DNA from: Eledone cirrhosa
Taxonomy: Eukaryota
Assembly: GCA_964016885.1 (NCBI GenBank)
Contig: OZ024740.1
Coordinates: forward strand, 346,208,001-346,272,000
Direction of reading: 5' to 3'
DNA: 64,000 nucleotides
Position numbers and translations under genes: made by a program. Positions 43,430 through 59,122 of the stretch are shown here, in pieces. Within the stretch, counting starts at the first letter, position 1, and each line of letters begins with the position of its first letter. The notes under the pieces were generated by a model. It did not search any database. It saw only the letters and a program-made list of their open reading frames with translations, and was not told where the DNA came from.

Positions 43430-43884
43430 TGGGGAATGATCATGATCGATTGTTGCCCTTATTGTTGATGTATTTGAAATTGTTTTGCTTCATTACCTTT
43501 TCCTGACCAAAAGCAGTAATTGTCCCGACTTTGAATAGAATCTGTTGGAAATTGTGGACGTGAATCCGTTACAAACTTTAACACACACATCCTCGGATGT
43601 GTATATATACATAAAACTTAGATTTAAAAGAGATTTAGAGAGAATGAAGCCTATTTCCTTCGAGAAACATAGAATACTGTATGCATACACACTCACACAC
43701 ACACATATATATATATATATACAATATTTACGTATCGAGAGAGAGAAAAGGAGGGATAGGTGATAAATGTAGTTATTTGCCAAATAGCGTATGCAGAGGG
43801 TGCTCAATACTGGTGCCGGCAGTATTAAATATTAGAAGTGTTAATATCTAGTGGGCGAGAGAATTACCAGAGCGTAAGCACGCG

Positions 43885-45647
<1,763 letters not shown>

Positions 45648-46841
45648 GAGAGAGAGAGCAAATAATATACAAGAAAATATACATAATTTAATATTGTAAA
45701 AAATTTTTTTTTTTCATAGAGCGCTGTTACTTAAACTAAAGATAGAAGCAAAGCCATCGATCTCAGTAATCGATTAACCATTATCGACTATTATATTTGG
45801 TAAGGCATCTAAAGGCACGATTCAATCATCAGTGTAAGTGTTTTATTATATGTGTCGAGAGCAGAATGTTTGTTAAAAATCTCGCTCCATATGGTGTAAA
45901 AAATGTCAAAGTCCCGGACAGATATAAACAGGACTAGACGTTGTAGGGGCTATAAAGTGCTCCGAAAAACCAGCCCCAGTCAATTCAACTCAAACATATA
46001 TATTAGTTTAATATATCAATACTTATTTAATACGTATGATGATCATGTTTCTTTAAAGATAAGCTGAATGTACATTTGTTCTGAGCATTAACTATTTAAA
46101 ATCAAAAGACACGGATTTTCTGCGCGATAGCTATCTTGTGAGTGACTGTGTAAATTTAGGAGTAAAATAATACCACTGTTGATAGTGCACCCGTATTCCT
46201 AAAGGAGAGACATTCAGGATACAATTAATATTAAAGTCTTGTGTCACCGAGATCAATATTTTGCATACCAATATGTGATAGGAGTGCTTTTAAAATTAAA
46301 AGAAAAAAGGTAGAGAATGTCAAAGTAAAACGTAGGTAATCATGCATATGTGACTTATAACTTCAGTTATATGTAACTGGAATGTGGCGAATTAACAGAG
46401 TTGTCAAGACGTCATATTAAAGATGCTTTAGAATTCGTTGGATTCCAGTGCTGGGATCGATTATTCCTCTATCTTGTTCTTTCTCTGGAAGACATTTACT
46501 ATGTTTGATCTGGAGAAGGATGGGTTACCAACGGTTAAAAAATCTCGTAGATTCCACAAGGACCTAAGTGTATTTTTCCTTACTTATATGTAACATGTCA
46601 TATTGGATATATATATTATATATGTATTGAGTGTGTAATTGTGATGAACAAGGAAAACAATAGGTGAATTTTAGTCATTAATCAGGTAATTGTTTGACGA
46701 AAGTTTCATCACATGTTTGATTCATCATGTCAAACTGTCGTAAACCATACTGGGTACTCGGAGTTTCCAGAGTACCTAGGAAGGTATAGGCGAGTTTCTA
46801 TTACACGTATATGCACACACACACATACATTTATCTTTATG

Positions 46842-46903
<62 letters not shown>

Positions 46904-47490
46904 CGTATATATATATGTATATATATAAAGAGAGAGAGAGAGGGGTGGGAGATATATATATAGAGAGGGAGATAGAGAGAGAATAAGAGAGAGAGACTGA
47001 TAGGTAGACAGATAGATATTTATCTATGTATCTATTTTTCTGTCTCCTATATATTTCATCTGAATGCTGTGTATTGGATTTAGTAACCCATAAACTTTAG
47101 TATTCTCCATCCATATATCAATCCTTTCATGCCATAACCAGCTACATCAATAAGCGTAAGATATCCCTTAATCTTAGGCTGTTGCTGCTCCAGTAAGTGC
47201 TCTTAAAGAGTCTCTATTTCAATAGGTGCTAGAATTGTGATAGCGTAGTAGTAGAGAAGAGTGATTGCATCTTCGTAGCAATATGGTACACATCCCTCTC
47301 CCGACTCTCCCCTCTCACTCTCTCTCTATCACTCTCTCGCGCTCTCTCTCTCTATTTCTCTCTCTATCGCTATTTATCTCTCTATATATCTATGAACATA
47401 TCTATCTATATATATAGTAATAATAATAATAAATTTGAATACTAAAATCCAAAGCAGCGAATCTTTGCTTAAAATGTGATCTGTTATTTT

Positions 47491-47548
<58 letters not shown>

Positions 47549-47549
<1 letters not shown>

Positions 47550-48215
47550 AATGGAAAAATGAAAGTTCATTTCTCACTCTTAGTACGGCTGATACTTAAA
47601 TATAAGTATACATACGTACATACATATATGTATACAGAGGTACAGTAGTATGTATATACATACATTTAGTAGCCGTACAGTGTTCGGCATCCATCGTTGC
47701 CCTTTTGTTCAACACTGACAAAGGAACGATGAACTAGTTTCTAGCTTATTAGCTGTCATCAGTACCGTATACCTTCCTGTCGGTCAATTGAACGTTTGAA
47801 AGTATATACTTGCCTTATGCATATTAACGGCTGAACAGCCTAATTTGCATATCGAGTGAGTTAGTCGGCCGGGCGTACCGAAAACGATAAATGGAAAAAA
47901 TGAAATTTCATTTCTCACTCTTAGTACGGCTGATACTTAAATATAAGTATGTATACGTACATACATATATGTATACAGACGTACACTAGTATGTATATAC
48001 ATACATACATGCACATTAATATATATATATATATATATATATATGTACGTATGGGTTTACCGAACAATGTACGGCTTAATCGGGCTGTCTGTTTACATAC
48101 AAACCGAACATTATAATAACTGTTCGGTAAACCCATACGTAATTATATATATGCGTGCATGTATGTATGTATATACATACTACTGTACGTCTGTATACAT
48201 ATATGTATGTATACA
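47549..48215. repeat. Direct repeat (47549-47665 / 47889-48005) plus nested inverted repeats (48046-48141 and ~47957-48213)
   Basis: aaatggaaaaatgaaa.ttcatttctcactcttagtacggctgatac twice; tacgtatgggtttaccgaaca / tgttcggtaaacccatacgta. Confidence 0.8.
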
Positions 48216-48341
48216 GTCGGGGTACTGACTCTTTTCCTATTATCTCTCTCTCTCTCTCCCTCTCTCTCTCTCTATATATATATATATAAAATACATATAT
48301 ATATATATTAATCTATCTATATAAATATTTATCTATATCTA

Positions 48342-48650
<309 letters not shown>

Positions 48651-49007
48651 ATATATATATATATATATATATATGAATGAAATGGTAAAAACCATGGGAT
48701 GTATTCCTAGAATGTTGTCTTTCTGAGATCCAAGACAGTATGGGATTGTTTAGGGAAGACCAGCAGTGGCCCATGCATACCAGTCTCCCTTCTCTCCGCC
48801 ACCAATATCGTCCAAGGGAAAGTTAAATCAAGTTGCATTCTGAAATATACAGAGGCACTTATAATAAAACGAAAGATATATACTTTATATCATCTCTATT
48901 TTATTATATCTATTTCGAAGATGTACAGTTTTAAGAGAGAGAGAATGGGATGTGTGTGTGAAAGAGTGAGAGGGGGAGAAGGAGGGAGAGAGATAGAGAG
49001 ATGGAGG

Positions 49008-49078
<71 letters not shown>

Positions 49079-49094
49079 CAAGAGAGAGAGAGAA

Positions 49095-49135
<41 letters not shown>

Positions 49136-49136
49136 A

Positions 49137-49245
<109 letters not shown>

Positions 49246-49904
49246 ACCACGTCGATTTGGTTTCAGTCGCGCTGCGTGATTTAGGTAGTTGCCTTTAAAT
49301 GTAACCAGAGATGACCAATATTTTGTAAATTAAATTTCCTTGGCAGCATATTTAATGCGCACGATATATGTATGTGTTTGTGTGTGTGTGTTTGTATGAT
49401 CTTCCTTGTCTGTGTTTAACTTTTTTAATTGTTTACGTCTTTAGCATAGACAAATGCTGGGATTTTTATATCCGATTAAATTCCTTATGCGATCTTTACG
49501 ACGGCGATACCCAGGCATTCTAAACGTTGTGTATCACTTCTTCTCCATTCTGATTTCTGTACTGGACTGATAATTTGCGTACTAACTTCAAAATGATGAA
49601 TTATAATATTGACTGCAGTTGCATTTGTACTCATAGCAGAAAAGTTCGGATGAAATACCGAGGCATCATATTCGACTTTGCTAAATTCACCCCTTCCATC
49701 TACGAGTAAACTTGTCACTATATCTTTTGATTCATCTTTGTTTAATAAATAAAGAATGCGCAATAGTTTATTGCAGAGTTAAAATATTTCACTCTAATAT
49801 ACCTGCAGTCATATCAATGCGAATTACAAATATTAATATTAATATGAATATCCATATAATATAGACAGGATGCTGTGTTTTTAGATTGCTAATTGAATAT
49901 CCAC

Positions 49905-50060
49905 GGTGCAGACAGGTGACCAATTGCCAGAGTCGTAAGAAAGCCAGAACGAATGCCTTGAAGTATTTATTCCGGATCTCTGAGCTCAGTTTAATCCTAT
50001 TGCGGTCGACTGTACCTTTCATCCCTTCGGGCTCCGTCAATATATTACCTGTCAAGTATT
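49905..50060 (+). mobile_element. Old degenerate SINE copy
   Basis: ctgagctcag...ggtcgactgtacctttcatcccttcgggctccgtcaa. Confidence 0.55.
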
Positions 50061-50667
50061 GGAGACGTTTCTTGTTTTTCCTTTTTACTTAGTATCGCTT
50101 ACGTTGAAAGGTCTAAGAAAGGAATGTTAACATCAGGTTCCGACCAATACATTCATCACCACTCTGTCTAAAGCTACAAAAAGAAAATGTAGATGTACCT
50201 ACATATAAATCATAAAAATAGAGATTCGGGGTGTTCATGTTGTGAGCAGTATAGGAGAAATAATGCTATTACGCAAACTACTGCTGTTGGTTGGTGATTA
50301 ACTATATTGAATAATAGGTACGGTATCTACTATATCATCGATATGTACAATGAAGCATTTGCGCTTGTAAAATGCAAATATTTTAAAATGCATCAGGAAT
50401 ATATATAAGAGAGTATTGACGTTTGCTTGAAGCGTTGTGGAATAATAACATTCTTTTTTTTGCCGTTTTGGAAGCCTCAACAATGCAGATGGGTAAATCT
50501 CCGGGTAACAGAATCCGGTGTTGAAGAGAGATATATAAGAGAATGTAGAATGAGATGTATAGTGTGTAGAGGAACGTAGGAGAGAGCGTAAAAAATAATA
50601 ACGCAAGATAGATTTACCTTGGGAGAGGAATGGTACGTGGCCACTGTTGTCCGCTTTTTGTGTGTAA

Positions 50668-50725
<58 letters not shown>

Positions 50726-50732
50726 TTACACA

Positions 50733-50795
<63 letters not shown>

Positions 50796-51399
50796 ATTTG
50801 TAGGTTGCTTGAAGCATTATATAATAGGAAACATAAATTTAAATTTCGAAGGCCAACACAATGCGTTACGAAGATTGTTAAATTGCTAACATAACAAAAG
50901 AATGTTACCTTACCATATATTAACATATATATATATATATATATATAAATATATATATACACAGACACGCAGACGTAAACACTCGCACTTGAGAGCTCAC
51001 ACCTATTAGTTTATATATGTGTTACGCATGTTTATGATACGCATAGTTATTTTGCACTTCAAAAAACACATGTAAAGTATATGGAAATATGAAAATGATA
51101 TTGATGGGAAAGATACATTGGAGCACAGTCGAGTGCTCCAGGCCCGTCTGAAAAATACTTTGCCATTTAAATACAAATATATACATGTAAACAAATGCGC
51201 AAGAGTGCAGGGCCTAGAAAATAATGCCTTGCAGTTGTTCGCTTCATCTCGCTCTCTTTCGAGTTAAAATTTCTCCAAAATGTACATATACTAGCAAAAA
51301 AACCGCCCCTCTGGCGATTTTCTGCTAGCATATGTAGTGTGCAAATTGGTATTATACGCAAATAAATATATATGTAATTTGCAAATTAAATTGACAATA

Positions 51400-51930
51400 T
51401 CTTCTTCTTCACTCACTTATTTCTGAGAGGGTCATGGGGGGCAGAGTCCTTCTCAAACGCTCCTTCCAGTGAGTTTGTCAGTAGCAAACATCTCTAACTG
51501 ATCCAGCTGGATCCCAAAGCCTGACCAAGCTCATGGATGTTATCCAATTATCTTGCTCAAGGTCTGCCTCTGGGTCTCTTACCGGTTGGTTTTGCCGGTA
51601 AAATGTGTCAGCGATCTTTACTGAGACATTCTAACCACATGCTCATAATATGGGAGTTGTGTCCTATTTCTGCCGCTTTTATTTGCAATTGTATTCTTTT
51701 GGTCATTACTCAAGATACATGATCCTCAGTAAGAGTTGGTAGGAATACCAGGAATACAGCGAGTTTGGCTTTTACACCGTCTGATTGCTGAATGCTGAAG
51801 TTGGCGCATTACTGCATCAGCTTTTGCAATTCTTGCACTTAATTCAGCCGCCTGCCTTCCATCACTCATGAACACGGCTCCAAGATACTTGAACTTCTCT
51901 AACTGCTTCAGTAGAACTCCATTCACATGT
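51400..51930 (-). mobile_element. RTE-like LINE 3' fragment with (GAA)-type tail
   Basis: NGVLLKQLEKFKYLGAVF...RIAKA; KPTGKRPRGRP on minus; similar in type to 13500-13810. Confidence 0.7.
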
Positions 51931-52144
51931 ATATAAATTTGAGGGACATGTGTCTACCTGTCCATCACGCAATGGGTATGTGTGTTTGTGTGAATGTATG
52001 TGTGTGTAAAAGGAAGGAAAGGGATACACACATATATATGTCTCACTTAAAAACAGTGAAACACACACACACCTGTCTCTAATTTAAGAACGCCGACAAA
52101 CTCACGCGCGCGCACATACACACACTGTCCTATTACTACTTAAG

Positions 52145-52830
52145 AGCTTTGGCCCGGGCAAACATCCCCTCAATTTTGGAACCGTCTGTATTGTCCTGAA
52201 TTGATGGGAAAAGACTTGACCGTCTTACTCTGTGCTCCTGGTCCAGAGGTAGGTGCCTTACCTAGGAGGTCACAGTTAGTAAGTCTTTTGCTTCTTCCCA
52301 CATTCTGGATGCAGCTGTAAGGGCAAGAGCTACAGCATCCGCAGCTGAACGGAACAAAATCCTAAAATACCGTGTTCTGTCAGCTAACTACATTACCCAG
52401 CCTGTGGTGTTCGAGACGTTTGGGGGAGTCGCGCTACTGACAGAGAGATTATTATCTTTACTGGCGGCTCGCCAAACAGGTAACTGGTGATGCTCGTGAG
52501 GGCACTCGGTTGTTCCAGGACCTCAACGTCACCATCATCCCAGTTAACGCTGCGAGCGTGATGGCCTGCCTCAAAGATTATTAGAGAGGTTTCCCAGTGT
52601 TCCTCGCTATATTGCTATCTTTTGCTCTGGTAGCGGCTCGTTTTCCCAATCTTTCGCCTGCAATTTGTTCTATGGGGTCTAAAATGTGTGTATTACCTGC
52701 TTGTGTATTTTTTTCTCTTTCTTCTTTTCCTTTTCCTTTCCTTTGTATATATTATATTGGTTAGTATTTTCTTTCCTTAACAATTATATTAAATGAGCTT
52801 AAATCAAAAGAGTTAATAAACAAATGAAGA
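52145..52830 (+). mobile_element. CRE-like non-LTR retrotransposon 3' fragment (restriction-like endonuclease)
   Basis: LEPSVL..DGKRLDRLTLCSWSRGRCL; AAERNKILKY..L...Y..QPVVFETFG. Confidence 0.65.
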
Positions 52831-53843
52831 GTTAATACATAAATAAAACGTTATACTTGTTTTACCCTCCCATTTCCAATTCACCGAACTCTGCTATCAT
52901 GACTGTATGTGCGTGTTTGTGTAAATGTATATGAGTGAATGCATGTATGTTTGTGTGAAAGTATGTGTATTTGTGTGAATGTATGTCCGTGTATTTTTAT
53001 AAGTTTCTGTTTGCGTGATTATAGTTATATACTCATAATAGTTATATACTCATACATATAGATGCATGCACGTGCACACTCATACGCGTCAGCGTGTAGA
53101 AAATCATAATCTCTCTATCTCTCTCATCACACACTCTCTCTTTCTATATATATGGTAGTTGGAGCGGTGGTAGTGGCGACGATAAACCGGAAGTGTAGAA
53201 ATTCGAAATTTTGCAAAGAAGTCAAGTACGAAATTTAGTACATAAATTATGTAATATTTATTCATTATTCATTCAAAGTAGTCCAACTTATTTTGCTAAC
53301 TGGATTAAAAGAAATAAACCATACGCAGTCCCGCAGTCCTTACTTTATTATAGTTTAGATATACAGTATATATACAGCGAATGCTAGAAAATAAAACAAA
53401 CAAAAAACTGGTGATATAGCCAACATAAGTTCACCTTAAATCTTTCAAATATACGTATTAATGTTCAAACATAAGACACATTTGTCATATGTTTAATTAT
53501 GTCGCTAACCATATGTTCGTCATAATGAAGTATTCGAAATATATTTCTAAGTTATCTTAAGCGTTCATGTCATCTAGAGAACGAGGTCTATTTTAAAAAC
53601 TGTGTTTATACATTTTCGTATTAAATAAATTTCAATTTTTTTTTCTAAATTCAGAAATAATTACAATTTATTTTTCTTATTGATAATGATAAAGAAAATA
53701 TATTAATGCTCTGCAGGTTTTGATAGATTAACATTCAAATATATAGATATAAAGTTATAAAAAATAAAATTTTAAATTAAAACAAAATAACGCAAAAATA
53801 TGTAAATGATTCTATCGCGCAGCACACACACACACATACTCTC

Positions 53844-53906
<63 letters not shown>

Positions 53907-54006
53907 TTCACTCTCTCTCTCTCCATATATATATATATATATCTATGTATGTATGTATATAGGTATAAATATATACATATATGAACATATATATGTTTAT
54001 ATATAG

Positions 54007-54049
<43 letters not shown>

Positions 54050-54056
<7 letters not shown>

Positions 54057-56055
54057 GTTTGTATATGTATAATAAAGTCAAAACAATGCAGGTATGGACA
54101 TAGAATAAAGAATGCAAATGCAAAAGATATTGTTGACAATTAGTCTCTTACCTTAGATTTATTTAAATGTCCTTAATTTTCGAGATAATATCTCTTCTTC
54201 GGAGGGAATTAAAGCGGTTAAACCAATGTTCTAAATATCTTGCCAAGGAAATGGTATAGAGTATCTGTTCTATCTCTAATGTCAAAGAGTTAAGGTTAGG
54301 TGGATAAAGAGTAGTCTCCCTTTAAAAGGTTTTTTTTGTACATGCCTGTTTAAGTGTGTGGGAGAATGTGTGAGGTGTAAGTATGTGTGTGTGTGTGTGT
54401 GTGTGTGAGAAGATATGTCTATACGTAAATGTGGGGGATAGATGTTATCTCGTGTTAGAACTGGTCTTTGTGTGTTTATGTGTGTGTGTGAGAGAGAATA
54501 AGTGGAGGTGTAAATGTGTGTGTGGGTGGTACGTGTGTGTGGGCGTGTGTTTGGGAGGGGGGGGGGTGTAAATATGGGGCTAGATGCTATATCAAGTTAT
54601 AAATTGGGTGTTGAGTTCTAGCCTATTATTGATTGGTGGTTGTGTTTTGTCTATTGTTAGTGCTTCTTTAATTCTAAGATTGCCGAGGTTTCTTTCCTTA
54701 GTTTCTATCCTAACTTATGGTTTTGTCGGTGTTTTTGCATTTCACTAGGTGTTTCTTAAATGAGGAAACGTTAGTATTAAGGTGTACTTTTATTCTTATG
54801 TGGAGTGGTCTGGTGGTGCTACTTACTTAGAAGTTGCTGCATTTGTCGCACTCTAGTCTATATACGATGTAAGCCTAGTGGCATAGGTCTGTGCCGTTGA
54901 TGGGGCAGTTGGCTAGCCTGCAGCGGTTGTCATGTCTGGTGGAGTGTCTTTTGGTTAGCTGTCTGCGTAGAGAAGGACCTGAGTGGGCCAGTTGGATATC
55001 TAGTCCCTCTCGTCTGATAGCTCTGCGGATGGCTGTTGTTGTTTCGTCACTGAAGTGTGGGAGCTTCGGGAAGCAAGTGTTAATGCCTCAGGTGTGGTGT
55101 CCTTTGTTCTTTCTTGCACTGTTTGTGGTGGATGTCGTGTATCCGTTAAGTTTGAGTACTTACAGGAAATGTGTGGTGTGTGTGTCGCGGTCTCTAGCGT
55201 CGGTGCATTTGTTCCGGATACGTGTAGTTCGTTCCATCTGAGATACAGACCTATGCCACCAGGCTTAAGCCGTATACAGACTAGAGTGCGACAAATGCAG
55301 CAACTTCTACGTAGGTAGCACCACCAGACCACTCCAAATAAGAATAAAAGAACACCTCAATACTAACGCTTCCTCATTTAAGAAACACCTAGTTAAATGC
55401 AAAGACACCGACAAAACTATAACAGTTAGGATAGAAACTAAGGAGAGAAACCTCCGCAATCTTAGAATTAAGGAGGCACTAATTATAGACAAAACACAAC
55501 CACCAATCAATAATAGACTAGAACTCAACACCCAATTTATAACTTGATATAGCAGCTAGCCCCATATTCCCCCCCACACACACACTTACACCTCCACTTA
55601 TTCTCTCTCTCACACACACATACACACACAAAGACCAGTTCTAACACGAGATAACATCTATCCCCCACATTTACGTATAGACATATCTTATCACACTCAC
55701 ACACACACACATACTTACACCTCACACATACTCCAACACACGTAAACAGGCAAGTACAAAAAAACCCTTTTAAAGGGAGACTACTCTTTATACACCTAAC
55801 CTTAACTCTTTGACATTAGAGATAGAACAGATACTCTAAACCATTTCCTGTCAGCATGACTTGGCAAGCTATTTAGAACACTGGTTTAACCGCATTACTT
55901 CCCTCCGAAGAAGAGATATTATCTCGAAAATTAAGGACATTTAAATAAATCTAAGGTAAAAGACTAATTGTCAACAATATATTTTCATTTGCATTCTTTA
56001 TTTTATGTCCATACCTGCATTGTTTTGGCTTTATTATACATAAACAAACGTTTAT
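54050..56055. mobile_element. Head-to-head inverted pair of PLE 3' fragments (minus arm 54050-55244, plus arm 55245-56055), GIY-YIG plus pseudo-LTR
   Basis: VYRLECDKCSNFYVGSTTRPLQIRIKEH...LRIKEALII...PPINNR; minus-arm linker CRLANCP..LC; 54050-54892 is the reverse complement of 55245-56055. Confidence 0.88.
55900..55938 (+). ncRNA. Hammerhead-like motif with variant core (mirror copy 54168-54207, minus)
   Basis: cct-CCGAAGA-A-GAGAT-att-ATCTC-GAAA-ATTA-agg. Confidence 0.45.
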
Positions 56056-56094
56056 ACATCATTGCACAATACTTCAAGTGAACTTTAACTCCCT

Positions 56095-56139
<45 letters not shown>

Positions 56140-56144
<5 letters not shown>

Positions 56145-58135
56145 TTATTTATTAAAATAACAAATTAAAGTTTAAGCAAAGAATCGCTGCTTTCACCCTT
56201 AACGGGATCTTCTTAAACTAACAAAGTCAATCTGTAAACGCAGAAGTGAATATTTCAAAAAACGTTGCAACCGGAGGAAGACAGGAAGACGATACTTTGG
56301 TTCGTGGAAACGTTCTCTGGCAACGTCATTATTTGGAGCGGTAAAAAACAATTACACGCAAAGATAAAACCACGTTTATGGTATAAAAGAAGTCGTAGAC
56401 TAATATTCTATTAGGTGGTTCATAGAGACGTTCTCTGGCAATGAACGGAAAAAACGAAGATAATACGTCATATGTTGAGCGGGGAGAACAATTGCACGCA
56501 AAGACAAAAAAACGTAAATGGTATAACTGAAGTCGTCGACTAAAATTCTAACTACGAAACAGAATGATTCCCGGCTTCAGAGTTAAGAGTAAAGTAAATA
56601 AAATACAGAGGTAATTGAAATCAAATAAATACATACACGCATCCATAATAGTACATACACAACCATACGCGAAAACACTCGCCATAGGTATACAAATACA
56701 CGCACGTACACAAAAAAAATAAAACAACTCGCACGCACATACAGAACCCACGCAACGCCTGTACCCGCACGCATACGAATGTATACACCAAATACACATA
56801 AAAATATATATTAAAAATATATATATTACATATATATATGTGCGTGCGTGTATACATATAATTAAATGATCGTATATAAATAAATAAATACTTATATAAC
56901 AAGCGCACACACATACCTACATGTAAATACACATATATTCGGAAACCTTCTTCAACCAAAAGGTACAATCCGTTAGGGTATAATGTGGGCTGTAATACAG
57001 GAAAGTTTTGTGCAATTTATGTTTATAAGCCAAAATTGACTCAGATTTTTTGTTTAAGATGTGGTCTTTGGCGTGGAATATTTTCCAGGGCCTCAGCGGC
57101 GCAGAGGTCACATGGCCTTTTATTTCCTTTATACGATCTAGCCTTAGCTAGGATCTCCCAGTGTAACTTATATTGGGTGTGGTTGTATTTTAGACTCCAG
57201 ATATAAGCTGAAAGTGACGTCATATTCCTTCTTAAATGGTAACGAAAAGAATGAGTATGCATGTAAAGACGCTGCTTGAATATATTCGCGGATAAAAATA
57301 TGTAGGCTCTACGGGACGTGGATGTTACAACCTTACATTTGTAGACAATGTTACTAGAGAGGCATTTCCCCGATAGGGGGCAGTCAACCCGATTCCTACA
57401 ATTACAGTTAGTACTAACTACAGGGTTGCACGTGTTCCTACGAGAGGATCTTAGCTAATGTTGTGGCCACCTCCATATTATATGCTGGGTTATACTATAT
57501 AATGCGTCGGGATCTATTTCTTCTAGGTCTATTCTCGTACTATGTATATGCTACCTTATCGACAAATCCACTCCGAGCAAGAGCTTCATTGTAATATGTG
57601 GAATGGTCGTTGAATATATGCTCGTTAGTAAAAAGACGGGAAAGCCTCAAAGAAACGTTTCTTAGCAGGTTCTAGGTAATGCTGGCAGGATGGTTAGAAT
57701 GCTTACTTATATAATTAAGCGTATCATTCGGCTTTCTATACGGGTAATGCAAGCCATTCGATAAATTGAGGGTAACGTCGAGGTAATTAACAACCGATAG
57801 GTTGGCTTCAACCTGTATGGAGAGGTTGAAGCCTTTACAGAAGGCTGTGCGTTCTTTTCTGAACATGTCGCAAGCATGTGGGCCGCACTTAGTGATGGTC
57901 AAAAGACCATCATCACGGTACAAACCACCACCCCCGGTTGGGGAATTCTTCCTTGATAGAGAAAAGAAGGAAAAGGCCGATAAGATCAGTAACCTCCGCT
58001 GAATCGTTGTCGTCCATACACGCGTCGAATGGGGTACTATTAGATATTTTAATCCAAATAGAGTCGTCGAAATTAATCACCGACTTACGGGCATTGAGGA
58101 TGACATCAATCTCGAAATTCTTAACCACTGTGAGT
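56140..58135 (-). mobile_element. 5'-truncated degenerate Hydra-clade-like PLE with 3' UTR
   Basis: EIDVILNARKS, FDACMDDNDSAEVTDLIG, LYRDDGL, YLDVTLNL..YRKPND..SNHP, CNCRNRVDCPLSGKCL, RPCDLCAAE; ~120-140 bp internal tandem repeat at 56307-56550. Confidence 0.85.
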
Positions 58136-58499
58136 GTTTTAGTGTTATTTTAATAAATATTTGCTCGACGGTTCTTATATATTTGATATATATTTATCCT
58201 TATCGAGCCCTCTTTGGAATTTAGTCTTCAAATTTATTATTATTACTATATATATATAGAAGTGGTTACACAACGGTTAGTTCACCATACCGAGAACAAT
58301 TATTTCACCTTAGCGGATCCTCAGCTCGTAATATGCATGGTTATACGGAAAAGGAAGTACGACCGTACGAACGCGCATGCGAGGAAACCCGTCACTTCCC
58401 ATAGGCAATACTAAAATGCGTGTGAGAGGTGTAAGGAGATAACTGAGAAAGTCCGAAAAGTTTTTAGTTGAAAAGAAGTATTATGATGTTGTTACTTTG

Positions 58500-58984
58500 C
58501 TAAGAGTATATGTCAGATTATAGAGTGCACTTTTAGGCTACCACCAGCCACACAAACCTGTAACAAGTTCTGAACAAGCAATGCCAGTGACTTGAAGGTT
58601 TTTAAGTGGGGAAAGGCTTTGCACTCGACCAATCCCACTCTTTGAGCATCGAAAATACTACCCGAAAAGGAGAACTAATCAAAACCACCGGAGCTTACGA
58701 AGCCGCAGGTTTTTTTCAGAGCTTCCTCTCTCCTAGAAAGGTATTGTGACAACAACTGGAGGCCTTTCACTCCCAGGTGAAAAAAAAATATTTGGATGGC
58801 CGTTGACTTTGCTGAGTTCCTCCACCTATTGTCAGGTCTTGTATTTCATCTCGCATGGTGTCCAATTATCACCTTCCTAACCAAGCTTACTTGGTGGGGT
58901 TGCCGGTTTAGTCGCTGACGAACCGACCACCACACAGGTTGTACTGGGTTATATGTTATCAGAAGCACTCGAGAGCGACCTGAC
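58500..58984 (-). mobile_element. RTE-type 5' region related to the 5' end of 8341-8950
   Basis: ttggtggggttgccggtttagtcgctgacgaaccgacca...caggttgtactggg...gacctgaca shared with 8856-8950. Confidence 0.7.
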
Positions 58985-58992
58985 ATACATAC

Positions 58993-59082
58993 ATGATGGT
59001 GGCTGCCCCTTCGTTATCGAGTATGGACATTGCACGAGGAGAAAAAAAATAATAATAAATAAATAAAAAAGAAAATAAGAAT

Positions 59083-59122
<40 letters not shown>

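Larger units (their letters stand above)
51291..53359 (-). mobile_element. Non-autonomous Helitron-like element enclosing LINE fragments
   Basis: CTAG plus hairpin at 51291-51329 and tacgcagtcccgca...ttatagtttaga at 53322-53359, both homologous to 29454-29932. Confidence 0.6.

Noticed and set aside
49485-49763. 92 aa non-repetitive ORF as a host exon
   Set aside because: No recognisable domain, partner exons or clear splice sites; a homology search is needed
50657-50737. Perfect palindrome ttttgtgtgtaactg-(TA)n-cagttacacacaaaa
   Set aside because: Very short arms around self-complementary (TA)n; most simply a local template switch or assembly fold-back
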